From assembly GCA_000004985.1 (NCBI GenBank), contig GG738854.1: a stretch of 64,000 nt of DNA. One strand, written 5' to 3'. Below are positions 44,164 to 54,463 of the stretch, piece after piece. A program made the translations under genes and the position numbers. The notes under the pieces were generated by a model. That model was not told the origin of the DNA, made no database searches, and saw only the letters and a program-made list of their open reading frames with translations. Each line of letters begins with the position of its first letter. Within the stretch, counting starts at the first letter, position 1. Origin of the DNA: Naegleria gruberi (Eukaryota).

Positions 44164-45231
44164 TTAACCCAAAGTAAGAATACTACCATCGAGGGAGTGC
44201 TTTGGAACTTCCATGTTCAATGGAGCTGGTCCCTTAACAATTCTACCAGAAGCATCGTAGTGAGAACCGTGGCAAGGACAGAAGAAAGCATTCATAACAC
44301 CAGCATCAGTGACTGGAACACAACCCAGATGGGTACAAATGGCCAAAATAACAGTCCATTCATCATTCTTAGTTCTATCAGAGTCTGCTTGTGGATCCTT
44401 CAAAGTAGAAAGATCAGTTTCAGCAAGTGATTTGGTTTCATCTTCAGTTCTGTGCTTGATGAATACTGGTTTACCTCTCCATGTAACAGTGATGGTCTTA
44501 CCCTTTGGAACGTTGGAAATATCAACTTCAATCTTAGAGACGGCCAAAACATCAGCAGCAGCGGACCAAGAATAAAGGAATCTCAAAACAGCTAATCTGA
44601 GACCAGCAGCAACAACAAAACGACTGCTGTTGGCAACAAAGTAAGCAAATTGACGCTTATCATAATCACCTTCCTTAAGATATTCGTTAATGTTATCACC
44701 GTGATAACCAGTCTTTGGAGCGGTTTCAACGAGTCTTTGAACAGCTTCTGGGAGTTCGTTTCTCTTCAATGTTTTTTCACTTCCAATTTGAGTAGAGTAG
44801 AATCTAACTGGTTGGGCTATATATCATCAAATATATTAAATAATATCCACATAACAATAAATTATTTACAACAACAACAAAAATTGTTTTTTGATATTAA
44901 TTCCAAAATGTTCTATCATCCAAAAATTTCGCTATAAAAACTTACCAGTCAACAAAGTCTTATGACGGAATGACTTGTTTACTGAGAATGTATTAGTGAA
45001 GATTTGTTGTGGTTTGATCTCTGGAATAGCAGTAGTCTTTGATGATGATTGGAAAATGAAGGTTGGTTCTTGATGTTCAGCAGTAACACCTGGGAAAGCT
45101 TGAATATCAAAAGCGGAGAGAGTCTTGTTGATTAAAGAAGCGCTACAAGCTTTGTGTGCAGAGAAGGAAGAACCGAGGTTCTTGATTGGGAGAGTAAGAA
45201 CGGTCTTGAGTCTGTAGCTTTGGTTGAGCAT
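44164..45231 (-). CDS. Rieske iron-sulfur protein of ubiquinol-cytochrome c reductase (complex III). Exons 44944..45231 and 44164..44816.
   Basis: The presequence exon ([12 protein letters not shown]…) ends at a GTAAGT donor. A 127-bp intron (44817..44943, phase 1) leads to the mature exon carrying box I CTHLGCVP and box [11 protein letters not shown]. Codon usage is strongly biased. Confidence 0.9.
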
Positions 45232-45476
45232 TTTTTTTAAAGGTCTTCTTGTATTTTACAACACCAGCAAAAATTTGCTCGGGCAGCAAATCTCCTTTTG
45301 GATGTAGTGCGCAAATTGGTAATTTTCAAAGCAGAAGAAACAACAAAAGATTAACTCTGCTATCAATTCACCTTATCATCATTATCACCATCATGAATGG
45401 TTTTTAAAGTGTTGATCCTCCAATTTATTTTTCTTGCTTCACGGAGTTTTGTTAAACTTGGCGTTGTATTTTAAAA

Positions 45477-45631
45477 AATTAATTTTAATATTTCATCACA
45501 AAGCCTTCTTCTTGTTAGAATATAAAACTATTAGCAAATTAATTATTTACTTGACCATGTACTTAACATATTATCAATAATGCAAACTTGAAGTTAGAAC
45601 ATTAGAAAATTAATTTTAATTATTTCATCAT
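45477..45631. repeat. Approximately 24-bp direct repeat (aaattaattttaatatttcatca at 45477..45499 and aaattaattttaattatttcatca at 45608..45631) in the divergent Rieske / 45772-gene promoter
   Basis: The two near-identical copies are seen directly in the sequence, about 130 bp apart. Confidence 0.5.
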
Positions 45632-45771
45632 ATCTTCAATATCCAAACATCAATTTTGAATGGATATGGAAATGTACTCCATGCGATTGAATCCACAACA
45701 CAATTGAACATGTATTAACCATTTCTCCTAAATGGCAATTGTACAATTTAAAAAACACTTGAAAGCATAAT

Positions 45772-47697
45772 ATGGAAAACCTCCAACAACAACAAATTGA
45801 AAAGAAGTGTTCTTCTTGTTTACTTCTTCAACAGTTGTTTAGTGTTGGTTGTTTCTTGTTGCTGTTCTTGATTGGAGAAGTTGTTTGTTCTCTTGATGCT
45901 GGTTGTAAACATAATGTTGGATTTGAGTGGAAGAGATGTGAAATTTCAAATCATCATGCTTACTTGAATTCACACGAGATGGAGTGTTCATTTGTTAGAG
46001 TTCCAATTGATTGGAGAAGATTTGATGTAATGAATGAAACAAATCATGTGAAGAGTGAATCACCAACTACTCTGGATTGGATATGTGTTCATGTAAAGAG
46101 GTTGAAATCTCTCAGTTCAGAAAAGAAGGGCCAATTGTGGATTCATAATACTCCTCTATTTGAATTTCACAAAACTGTATCTGTGGAGGTTGAGGAATTA
46201 TTCTTGAAGGAATCAATTAGATATAAAGATTATGATATTTACTTTCCAGATATTAGAGGATTAGGTAAATCAACTCCAAAATTTGTTTGTGAATTTGAGG
46301 AACAATCAGGACATGTCTTCATTTCAGAGAAGGATATTGATGCATGTCTAGCCACAAATACTAAGAATGAAAAGATAATTAGTGAAAAATATGGAGAATA
46401 TTTTCACACATATCAAATTGTTAGAGACATTTTTCACATGATTGAAATGACTAGAGTAGAGAATGGTGGAGAAAGTTATCGAATAATTCATTATGGATAT
46501 GGTTTTAATACATTTCTCATTGGTAGAATGATACAGTTAGAGAAGGAATTGAAATTATCCTTCTTGAACAAGTCATCCAAGAGCTATTTGGATATGGTTA
46601 TAGTTGATTCAGTTTTTTCAATGAATGTTTCAACAATTGACATGTTCAATTTTGATAAGAGATTTAATGAAATTGCTCTTTCATTCCTAGAGGAATGTGA
46701 TAAGGATAAATATTGCACTGAAAAATTGGATTTACTACACAAAATTAAGGGAAAAGTATCATTGAGAACATTGTTGAATGGAATCTATTTGATTCATTTG
46801 AAAAGATGTTATATTGCGAATTCTTATTTTTTCAGGGATATTTTAACTTACTTTTACTATGAGGATGATTTGAGACATTTATTGATACCGCTAATATTCA
46901 GGATTTCAAGATGTAATGAATTGGATAAGAATGTTATTCAGGACTTTTTTTATCACATTAACCATACTATGATCACTACTGAGAATTCACATACGAAATT
47001 GCAGACCTATTCAGCTTTTGAGAGAGTAATTGGATCTTTCGAGTTAATGGATCATTCATTCAAATTTTATAAGGAAGAGGAAACCGGAGCTCTTGATTTG
47101 GCTGAATATCCGTTCTATTCTGGACTCTCACTTAATATGATGAAGACTTATAGTTTGTTTTTTCATTCACCCCATTCAACAAATCATACTAATAATACTC
47201 ATAGTCATTTCACAGATTTTTCAAAACCAATGTTAATGTTACATGGCTCATTGGATCCCATTAGTTCAATCAATAATCTTATCGATTGGAAGGATTTCTA
47301 CTTGAATGAATCAAAGGCTAATTTTGAAAACCATCACGCTGTTACTTTTCCATATGTTAATCATATTACTACTTTGAAATCTTATTGTAGCTTGGAGGTC
47401 ATGCATACATTTATTCAATCACTTGGAAGGGAGTATTTCAATGAATGTCTATTGGAATCTACTGCATCAGATCAAATTAGAAGTCAACTGTTCAACGAGT
47501 CAAACTGGAGTGAGCAATTGAAAAATACTACTCTCATATACTTTGGTACGAAGGATGCTCTCGATGGTGGACTTTCAATATCTGCTTCAAATTATTATTT
47601 CCTGGTGGTTGGTATGAGTGTTTCAGGAGTTTTGCTCATTGAATTATTTGTTCTACTCATCATTTTGTTAGTCATGTCTATCAAGGAACTCAAGTAG
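45772..47697 (+). CDS. TAP-like (S33 family) alpha/beta-hydrolase-fold membrane/secreted protein lacking the nucleophile serine
   Basis: It is a 641-aa ORF with an N-terminal hydrophobic segment and a C-terminal TM helix. Its S33/TAP-like features include VRVPIDWRRFD…GQLWIHNT and a C-terminal MLMLHGSLDPIS (compare vLhGtlDPvtP). At the GxSYGT position it reads YGYGFNT, so no serine is present. There are many N-glycosylation sequons. Confidence 0.65.
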   Translation: MENLQQQQIEKKCSSCLLLQQLFSVGCFLLLFLIGEVVCSLDAGCKHNVGFEWKRCEISNHHAYLNSHEMECSFVRVPIDWRRFDVMNETNHVKSESPTTLDWICVHVKRLKSLSSEKKGQLWIHNTPLFEFHKTVSVEVEELFLKESIRYKDYDIYFPDIRGLGKSTPKFVCEFEEQSGHVFISEKDIDACLATNTKNEKIISEKYGEYFHTYQIVRDIFHMIEMTRVENGGESYRIIHYGYGFNTFLIGRMIQLEKELKLSFLNKSSKSYLDMVIVDSVFSMNVSTIDMFNFDKRFNEIALSFLEECDKDKYCTEKLDLLHKIKGKVSLRTLLNGIYLIHLKRCYIANSYFFRDILTYFYYEDDLRHLLIPLIFRISRCNELDKNVIQDFFYHINHTMITTENSHTKLQTYSAFERVIGSFELMDHSFKFYKEEETGALDLAEYPFYSGLSLNMMKTYSLFFHSPHSTNHTNNTHSHFTDFSKPMLMLHGSLDPISSINNLIDWKDFYLNESKANFENHHAVTFPYVNHITTLKSYCSLEVMHTFIQSLGREYFNECLLESTASDQIRSQLFNESNWSEQLKNTTLIYFGTKDALDGGLSISASNYYFLVVGMSVSGVLLIELFVLLIILLVMSIKELK

Positions 47698-47701
47698 TTT
47701 T

Positions 47702-48900
47702 CTATTGGTCATGGGGAATGTTATTCCTTCCCTTCATTTCAAACAATCGAACTGTGGTTCTATCTTCAATCATGAATAATTGAGGCAGATCAGTGGTGGA
47801 AATTTCCTTACTCACAACCATATCACGTTTTTCCATTTCACTCACAAAATATTCAAATGTTTTCTCATTTCTCTTTGTGATGGCAAATAGAATTATCAAA
47901 TTTCTATTTCTATTAAATAATTGCTGCGTTACATCACACAATCCTGGAATAACACTACTGTCATAGGCAACGTCAGCAGCAATTAAAATATCAGTATCTT
48001 TTAAAAGCTCAATATCTTGCTCTGTGAAATTCATCCAATCCAATTTCATGACATGTAGATTGGAATTTTCATTCTTGCTTGACTTGTCTTCCTTCAAATA
48101 AATATATTCAGAGTTGTAAACTTTGTGTGGAATATTATTCAATTCACAACAGTAAGAACAATTTTCCAAAACACAATCCAAATAATCAGTCATGGTAATT
48201 CTTCCAGTTTCCTTCAAAATATTCATTAAGAACAATCCTACTAGTCCAATACCACTTCCCAACTCGACAATATTCTTTCTTTCAAATGATTCTAGATTAA
48301 AAATTAGCATTTCCAATTACGATTCATCAACATACCCAAATTAGCAATGATATATTCAATTTCAACGAGTCCATCAACCCACAATGCCAATCCAACATTT
48401 AAAAATTGAGGAAAAACTCTCACAACAATTGGGTTCTCACACAGAAAATCATAAATTCTAAAGGAGCTCTCTTTCATATCATATCCATAGAAATATCCAC
48501 CTTCAGAACAATCCATATTAACCATCTCCTTTCTATTACCACTTCCAATCAACATTTCGGAATAATCTTCAATTAAATCATCATAAACACCTTCTCCATT
48601 ATTTTCACAATTTTCAATCATTTCAATATAATTCCTCATCAAATTGATTTTAAAATTCAATGAGGGAATATTAAATTTCCTAGCCAATGAATTTTGCAAC
48701 ACATCACAATAACACAATTTCTGAATTTTCATACAAGTAACATCAAACATGTTCAATTCCTTATTTTCCGATAATTCTTTTTGAAAATAGGAGAGAAATT
48801 GTTTAGAATTCGGAAGACCATTAGAGAGAAGCATGGAAAGTGTTTTCGGAAAGGAACAAGATTGTTGATTATTAACAGTTGTAGATGATGGAGTGTTCAT
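47702..48900 (-). CDS. FAM86/EEF2KMT-like class I protein-lysine methyltransferase (Methyltransf_16). Exons 48336..48900 and 47702..48291.
   Basis: The two track ORFs are joined by a 44-bp GTATGT…aatctag intron (48292..48335, phase 1): …VGLALWVDGLVEIEYIIANL-E-SFERKNIVELGSGIGLVGLFL…. Motif I is ELGSGIGL, and the post-II motif is ILIAADVAYD. It aligns along its length with human EEF2KMT. The first ATG is at 48898..48900. Confidence 0.75.
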
Positions 48901-48960
48901 TTTTTTTGTTGAATTTGTTTTTTTCACACTTGTCAATTAGCTCATGTGAAATCTTTGAAT

Positions 48961-50139
48961 TTACATGAGTAGGCACTTTTTTTGACTCTTTAGAAAGTGT
49001 TTGTCCTGTCTGGATGTTTCAGTTTTAATTAAAAATTGTGGAAAATCAGCTAAACCTTCATTTTCCTTTGCACTAACTTCCAAATATGTATAACATCCAA
49101 GTTTCTTTGCTAATTTTTCACCCAATTCAAATGAAATTGGTTTTGTTTTGGTATTGAGAAGTGTTGATCTTCTTAGGGAGGGATTAGTTTCAGCATCGGA
49201 TTTAGTTTTCATCAAGACAATATTGGGATTCTTAATGTTCTTTCTATTTTAGGTAATTTAAAATAATTCATTAGAATAGAAAAACAAACCTCACTTCAGG
49301 AATCCACTGGGTTGCAATACTTTTAAAAGATTTCACAGAAATACAACTGAAAAACACAATAACCAAATCAGTTTCTGGATAAACCTTAATAAAAATTTAC
49401 CAAATTAAGAATTTCCAACTTTCCCAACTTACCAAATGTCTAATTTTTTCGTAATCACCAACATTTGACGTATCCCTTTAAAATTTCACAATATTTCCAT
49501 TTAATTTCCATTCAATTTCCAATTTAATTCAACAACTTACCAATATCCAATTGAGTACTGATTTCTAGGAATTGAATATGAATAATTATCAAATACTTGT
49601 GGAATATATTCACTCGGAAATATTCCACTTGAAATTGTAATGAAAAAACTTGTTTTACCCACTTGATCATCTCCAACTCCAATAATTTTGAATATTTTGG
49701 ATGGATTTGAGAGAATTGGTTGATATTTCTCAATTTCTCCCTTTTCAATGTAGAAATTCTCTTTCGAATGGTCTGATTTCAATTCATCCACATACGAAAT
49801 CAAGTCATTTTCTTCTTGTTGAGCTTGTTTCATAAAAGTTTCAAGAAATTTCAATAAATTTTCTCGATAATTTTCACAAACACTTTCCAAATATTCGAAT
49901 TTCTCTTCAAATACATCATACGAATCCGATTCTTTGCTCGAATCGATATAATTCTGTATAGTTTGATAATAAATTGGTTTCCAATAAAAATCTTCATGGC
50001 AGAGTTGACAAATTCTTGCTGATTTGGATACCAAATTTAGTCTAAGCAAATCATTACTTGTTAGAAATGACAGAATTATTCTCAACATGTCATCATTTAG
50101 AAAATTGTTAATATTTAATTGACGTTTTGATCTTGACAT
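48961..50139 (-). CDS. Chimeric F-box + atypical Rho-family GTPase with a CAAX box (CLLM). Exons 49541..50139, 49433..49475, 49290..49384, 48961..49243.
   Basis: Exon 1 is MSRSKRQLNINNFLNDDMLRIILSFLTSNDLLRLNLVSKSARICQLCHEDFYWK (F-box), continuing …KIIGVGDDQVGKTSFFITISSGIFPSEYIPQVFDNYSYSIPRNQYSIGY. Exon 2, after a 65-bp GTAAGT intron, is WDTSNVGDYEKIRHL. Exon 3, after a 48-bp GTAAGT intron, is VYPETDLVIVFFSCISVKSFKSIATQWIPEV. Exon 4, after a 46-bp intron, is RKNIKNPNIVLMKTKSDAE…ISFELGEKLAKKLGCYTYLEVSAKENEGL…KKCLLM. Colinear with Rac/Rho: P-loop, T35-region FDNYS, DTAGQ-box, TKxD and SAK. The exon 3 donor is GTTTGT (alternative GTGAGG with a different acceptor). Confidence 0.7.
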
Positions 50140-50216
50140 TTTTTTTTAATTATTTACACAGATTACAATGAACCAATTTTGAGAGAAATTTAGGTATTTA
50201 AACTAAATAAGCTTTC

Positions 50217-51458
50217 TTATAAAATTTGTTCCAAATTAAATTTCGTATATTTGTATCTCAAATAATATTCAACAAATTCTTCCTCATTAGAACACAATTT
50301 TTGAATTTTCGAAATGTATTTCTCACGAGATTTGGCATTCATTTTGTCATCCGTTCCACTTTCTCTAAGATTCGCAAAGAGTTTCGAATATTTTTGAATG
50401 GTCAACCCAAGATTAATCAAATCAAGTCTCTGATTATGACCTTTCTTTAGTAGTTTCAAATCTTTCTTCAAAATAAATGATGTAAAAACATCCCTTTCTT
50501 TTGTATCTTTGGGTGTGAAGCTTTTGAATTGATCTGAAAGTTCTTTTGAAATTTCCTTCACCTTCTCCAAGTAATGTTTCTTTAAAAAGTGATAAATTAA
50601 ATTGTTTCGAATAAAGTTTGGAAAATAATTTGCAAAAAATCTATGAGTGGCTGAATTGATGTAATGAAAAGAATTATTTAAACGAAACTTCAATATTCGA
50701 ATATTAATTAGTAAGCAAAAGTAGGGAATAAATTGTTTTGGAGATAGTTCATAACTTTTCACAGTTGGAATGAGATACGATAAAATATGCTTCTCCAAAT
50801 ATTCAACTCCAGATATTCTGCCACCAGAATTTCTATCAATGAATTTGTAAAGAAAACATTGATTAGTTTCTTCCAATCTATTCGAAAGCTCATTTCTCAA
50901 TCCACCAGCAGAACCATAAAAAAATTCTGCATTCTTCAAATCATCACTTTCCCTAGCAACATATAGAAAATAATCACTAGCAACAGATTTACCATATCCA
51001 CTTCTTATTTTAGGAATATTCTTTCCTCTTACTATAATTGGTTCTTCAATTCCATCAATTAAAAGTTTCATTTTGTAAAATGGTACATCATTAAATGATA
51101 ATATTATCTCTGTAAAGACAATTCTTGAGAGAATGATTTTCACTAGTTGAGAGGAAAATGCATTCGGAAAAGTTTGTTTAAATTCCAATTCTAATTCTTT
51201 CGATGGTTGAGAATTCTGGGAAAGGAACATGTTGTATTTTGAATAGTGATCACTAATTGTGTGTTTCCAATATAAAGTGTCATTGTGTAAATTACTCTTC
51301 TGGAGGGAGTTGTTTGTTAATTGGTGAAAGTAGGTTTCCCATAGTGGATTGGAATTGGCAATTCGATTCCACTCTTTGCAAACTAGAGATAGATAGGAAG
51401 TGTGCGAATAATCGAGAAATGAAAAGGTATAATACAGAATATCCTCATGAAGATGCAT
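50217..51458 (-). CDS. F-box protein (413 aa), second F-box gene in tandem
   Basis: It has ATG at 51456..51458. The F-box is EDILYYTFSFLDYSHTSYLSLVCKEWNRIANSNPLWETYF. The rest has no recognised domain. It is a single exon. Confidence 0.6.
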   Translation of the reverse strand: MHLHEDILYYTFSFLDYSHTSYLSLVCKEWNRIANSNPLWETYFHQLTNNSLQKSNLHNDTLYWKHTISDHYSKYNMFLSQNSQPSKELELEFKQTFPNAFSSQLVKIILSRIVFTEIILSFNDVPFYKMKLLIDGIEEPIIVRGKNIPKIRSGYGKSVASDYFLYVARESDDLKNAEFFYGSAGGLRNELSNRLEETNQCFLYKFIDRNSGGRISGVEYLEKHILSYLIPTVKSYELSPKQFIPYFCLLINIRILKFRLNNSFHYINSATHRFFANYFPNFIRNNLIYHFLKKHYLEKVKEISKELSDQFKSFTPKDTKERDVFTSFILKKDLKLLKKGHNQRLDLINLGLTIQKYSKLFANLRESGTDDKMNAKSREKYISKIQKLCSNEEEFVEYYLRYKYTKFNLEQIL

Positions 51459-51568
51459 TTTTTTTCAAGTTGATTGATATTTATTATTAGCTCAGTTTAT
51501 CTAGAGATTTACCTCAATTTCATGGCTCCTATTGAATATCAGGATATACTAAATTGTGTGAACATGAA

Positions 51569-51649
51569 GCGGTCTTGACCGAGTGGTTAAGGTGATTGAC
51601 TAGAAATCAATTGGGGCGACCCGCACAGGTTCGAATCCTGTAGACCGCG
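51569..51649 (+). tRNA. tRNA-Ser (anticodon AGA)
   Basis: The acceptor stem is GCGGTCT/AGACCGC. The D arm is ACC-GAGTGGTTAA-GGT. The anticodon stem-loop is ATTGA-CTAGAAA-TCAAT. There is a long variable arm TGGGGCGACCCGCA. The T arm is ACAGG-TTCGAAT-CCTGT, and the discriminator is G. Confidence 0.85.
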
Positions 51650-51650
51650 A

Positions 51651-51657
51651 TTTTTTT
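51651..51657 (+). terminator. Pol III terminator T7 run immediately after tRNA-Ser
   Basis: TTTTTTT lies directly 3' of the discriminator base. Confidence 0.7.
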
Positions 51658-51983
51658 GAGTTACTTTTGAGAACGTTTAATTTAGAATAAGCAAGAAAAA
51701 ACACCAAATTCTAAGTTGAGAGGAATCTGAGATATCAGGAGGGAAACGAATCTTGTTAAGGTTATATCTGCGAAATAGCCCAAGCCAAGTAGATTCAATT
51801 TTTCACTTACTACAGTAATCAAAGGGACCCCTATTGCTGCAAAATTGCAAATTGCACATCAAATTACTGTACGGTCGAATGATACATAGAAAAAAATTGT
51901 CTACATTAATAATTGCTGCGGAGCTGTAATAATTTATTTGCGCAATTTTAGCGGTGATATCATAGTTTAAAGGCTTTGAAAAA

Positions 51984-54407
51984 ATGTCATCACAAGTGAC
52001 TCTGATTTTAGATGTTGTTGACAAAAGGGATGCAACTTTTATAGCTGAATTTTATTCCAATAATTGTAGTTATCAACAATTTGTGAAAATTATTCGTGAA
52101 GAGAGTAAGAATCGTTTGAAATTAAACGAATCCTTTGTAGAATGTTACAAATCAGTCGAGTTGATCTTCCGAGGTCATTTTCTTCCTTTTGATAGTATCA
52201 AGCAAATTACACAAGTGTTTAAATATCCATTCTTGAAGAGTTATCAAAAGATGAATCAAAGAAAGGTCAAATCCTTTTTTAGTTGGAAAGACAAACCAGA
52301 ATCTATTTGGGATAGAATGGAGAAACTAGATGAAATTGTTCGAATTCTTATTAATAATGAAACTGATTACAAATCTATGTATTATATTAATAATTTATTT
52401 AGAGATTATGAAAATCAACCGAGCTTGTTGTTTGTTATTGGATCTCATCCGAAAATGGATTGGGGGCATTTGGTTTCTGCTCTTGCAAAATCTCCCGAGT
52501 TGACCAAACACTTGTTTAACTTTAAATATTATTCATTAAATGCACTACCAGAGAAATTATTCCAAATAAGACATGTAGTTTCAGAATTAGTCAAGAAGGA
52601 CATTTTAGCATTACAATTAGCTACTAATTTTAGAAATGATAGAGAGATTGTTCTTGATGCTTGTAAACACAATCCATTGGCTTTACAATTTGCTAGCTCA
52701 GACTTGAGAAATGATAAGGAATTTGTAATGAAAGTGTTGGGAAGAAGATTTAACACACTGCACTATGTGGGAGAGTCTTTATTATCCGATTCACAAGTAT
52801 TGAGAAGAGGAATGATGTCTGAAAAAGAGTGGAGACATGAAAGATTTGATTCTATGAATACTTTTGAATTGATGGAAGAGATTTTGAAGAATAGACCACT
52901 AATGGTTCTCAAATTTTATCATTTATTGGAGGAGAGGGGTCTTGAATTTAGAATTGACTCAATTTGCAACAATTTCAAAATAATTATTGAAAAGTCTCCG
53001 TTCCAAATTCAAGAAAGCATTCTTTTGAGGAATCAAGTCAATCTTTTTAATTCAATTGAAAATCCAAATGTAGCTCTGAAATTTATTTCCATTGGATATT
53101 GTGAAAGATATCGTGCTTGTAAAGATCATTTGCTCCAGTTAACAAAATCGAAATATCCTCATTTGGAAAATCTTTCAATGGAAACAGAGGAAGAAAAGTA
53201 CATTTTAAAAAACCATTCAAATGGTCTCATTACATGTAAAGAAGAATTGAGAAATGATAAGAACTTTGTACTGAGATATTTTCAATTACACACTAATAGA
53301 AAGAGGATGATTTCCATTATTGGTGTTGGGGAGGCTTTGTTAAATGACCAAGAAATATTGAAAGAATATCTTGTCACTAACGGTATTCCTGTAGATGATG
53401 AGAATAATCTATCATCAGAACTCTTGATGAAACAAATTATTTCAGTCTACCCATTGTCCATTGTAAGATTTTACAAATTTTTACAAAATGAAATAGAGTT
53501 CAATATCACCTCTTTTAATTTCCAAGAACTTTGCAGAACAGCACCACTTATTACCGATCTACAATTTGCTTCACTATTAATATGTAAGAATTATTCTTTT
53601 TATTATAAGCTATCAGATGAACTGAGGAAAGAGACATCTTTTGTTAAGATACTGCTTTTTAAAAATGGGGTGAATATTCATTTTAAAAAACTTCCTTCTA
53701 CTTGTTACTCAGATAGAGAAATAATGACCCATATATTGACAACACCTTCATATCACTATAAGAATGAAAGTGAGTCAATTTGTTGTGCAGTTTGTAAAGC
53801 ATTCCCATTTGATATTGACCTTATGAAACAAGCAGTCAAATGGCATGGACATACACCACTTCCTTACATGCATCACGACCTGTTACTAAATAATAGGGAT
53901 TTCTGTTATTGGTTAATGGACAGTTGTGGCCATCCACAATCATACTTTAAGTATCTTCCAGAAAAAATCAGAACAGATAGGGATTTTATATTTGAATTGC
54001 TTGATGATTTGTATTGGAAAATTGGATATGTGAAAAATATTACAATGGACTTTGTGATGAAATGCATAAGGAAAAACAAAATTTGCTACAAGTATTTTGG
54101 ACAGATATTTAGAGAAAATAGACAAGTAATTGATCTGGCAATGGAAATGGGTGTTCCAATCAAGGAAATTACAGTATGTCAAGCATTTAGTGAGCATTTG
54201 TGGGATAGTTCACCAGATAATTTTGTTGATAATTTGTGCCATCCAGGTTATCAAGTGTTTCTCAATAAGGATCTACTGAGGAGAGCTATTGAAAGAAATT
54301 CTAAAGGTTTTGACAATATTGAAAAATGGAAGAATTATCCTGGATGTGAGTGTTTATCCGAGCAAGATTGGACAGATTTGAAAAAGTTAGCAAGTGCCAT
54401 GGAATAG
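51984..54407 (+). CDS. DUF4116-repeat protein (807 aa)
   Basis: It is an ATG-initiated single ORF. It has repeated ~24-aa units of the DUF4116 type (LRNDREIVLDACKHNPLALQFASSDLRNDKEFVMKVL; ELRNDKNFVLRYF; LRKETSFVKILLF; RTDRDFIFELL). Confidence 0.65.
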   Translation: MSSQVTLILDVVDKRDATFIAEFYSNNCSYQQFVKIIREESKNRLKLNESFVECYKSVELIFRGHFLPFDSIKQITQVFKYPFLKSYQKMNQRKVKSFFSWKDKPESIWDRMEKLDEIVRILINNETDYKSMYYINNLFRDYENQPSLLFVIGSHPKMDWGHLVSALAKSPELTKHLFNFKYYSLNALPEKLFQIRHVVSELVKKDILALQLATNFRNDREIVLDACKHNPLALQFASSDLRNDKEFVMKVLGRRFNTLHYVGESLLSDSQVLRRGMMSEKEWRHERFDSMNTFELMEEILKNRPLMVLKFYHLLEERGLEFRIDSICNNFKIIIEKSPFQIQESILLRNQVNLFNSIENPNVALKFISIGYCERYRACKDHLLQLTKSKYPHLENLSMETEEEKYILKNHSNGLITCKEELRNDKNFVLRYFQLHTNRKRMISIIGVGEALLNDQEILKEYLVTNGIPVDDENNLSSELLMKQIISVYPLSIVRFYKFLQNEIEFNITSFNFQELCRTAPLITDLQFASLLICKNYSFYYKLSDELRKETSFVKILLFKNGVNIHFKKLPSTCYSDREIMTHILTTPSYHYKNESESICCAVCKAFPFDIDLMKQAVKWHGHTPLPYMHHDLLLNNRDFCYWLMDSCGHPQSYFKYLPEKIRTDRDFIFELLDDLYWKIGYVKNITMDFVMKCIRKNKICYKYFGQIFRENRQVIDLAMEMGVPIKEITVCQAFSEHLWDSSPDNFVDNLCHPGYQVFLNKDLLRRAIERNSKGFDNIEKWKNYPGCECLSEQDWTDLKKLASAME

Positions 54408-54463
54408 TAAAATTGGATGGCAAAATTGGTTTATTATACTTAGTTAAGCAATTTAGTTACTTA

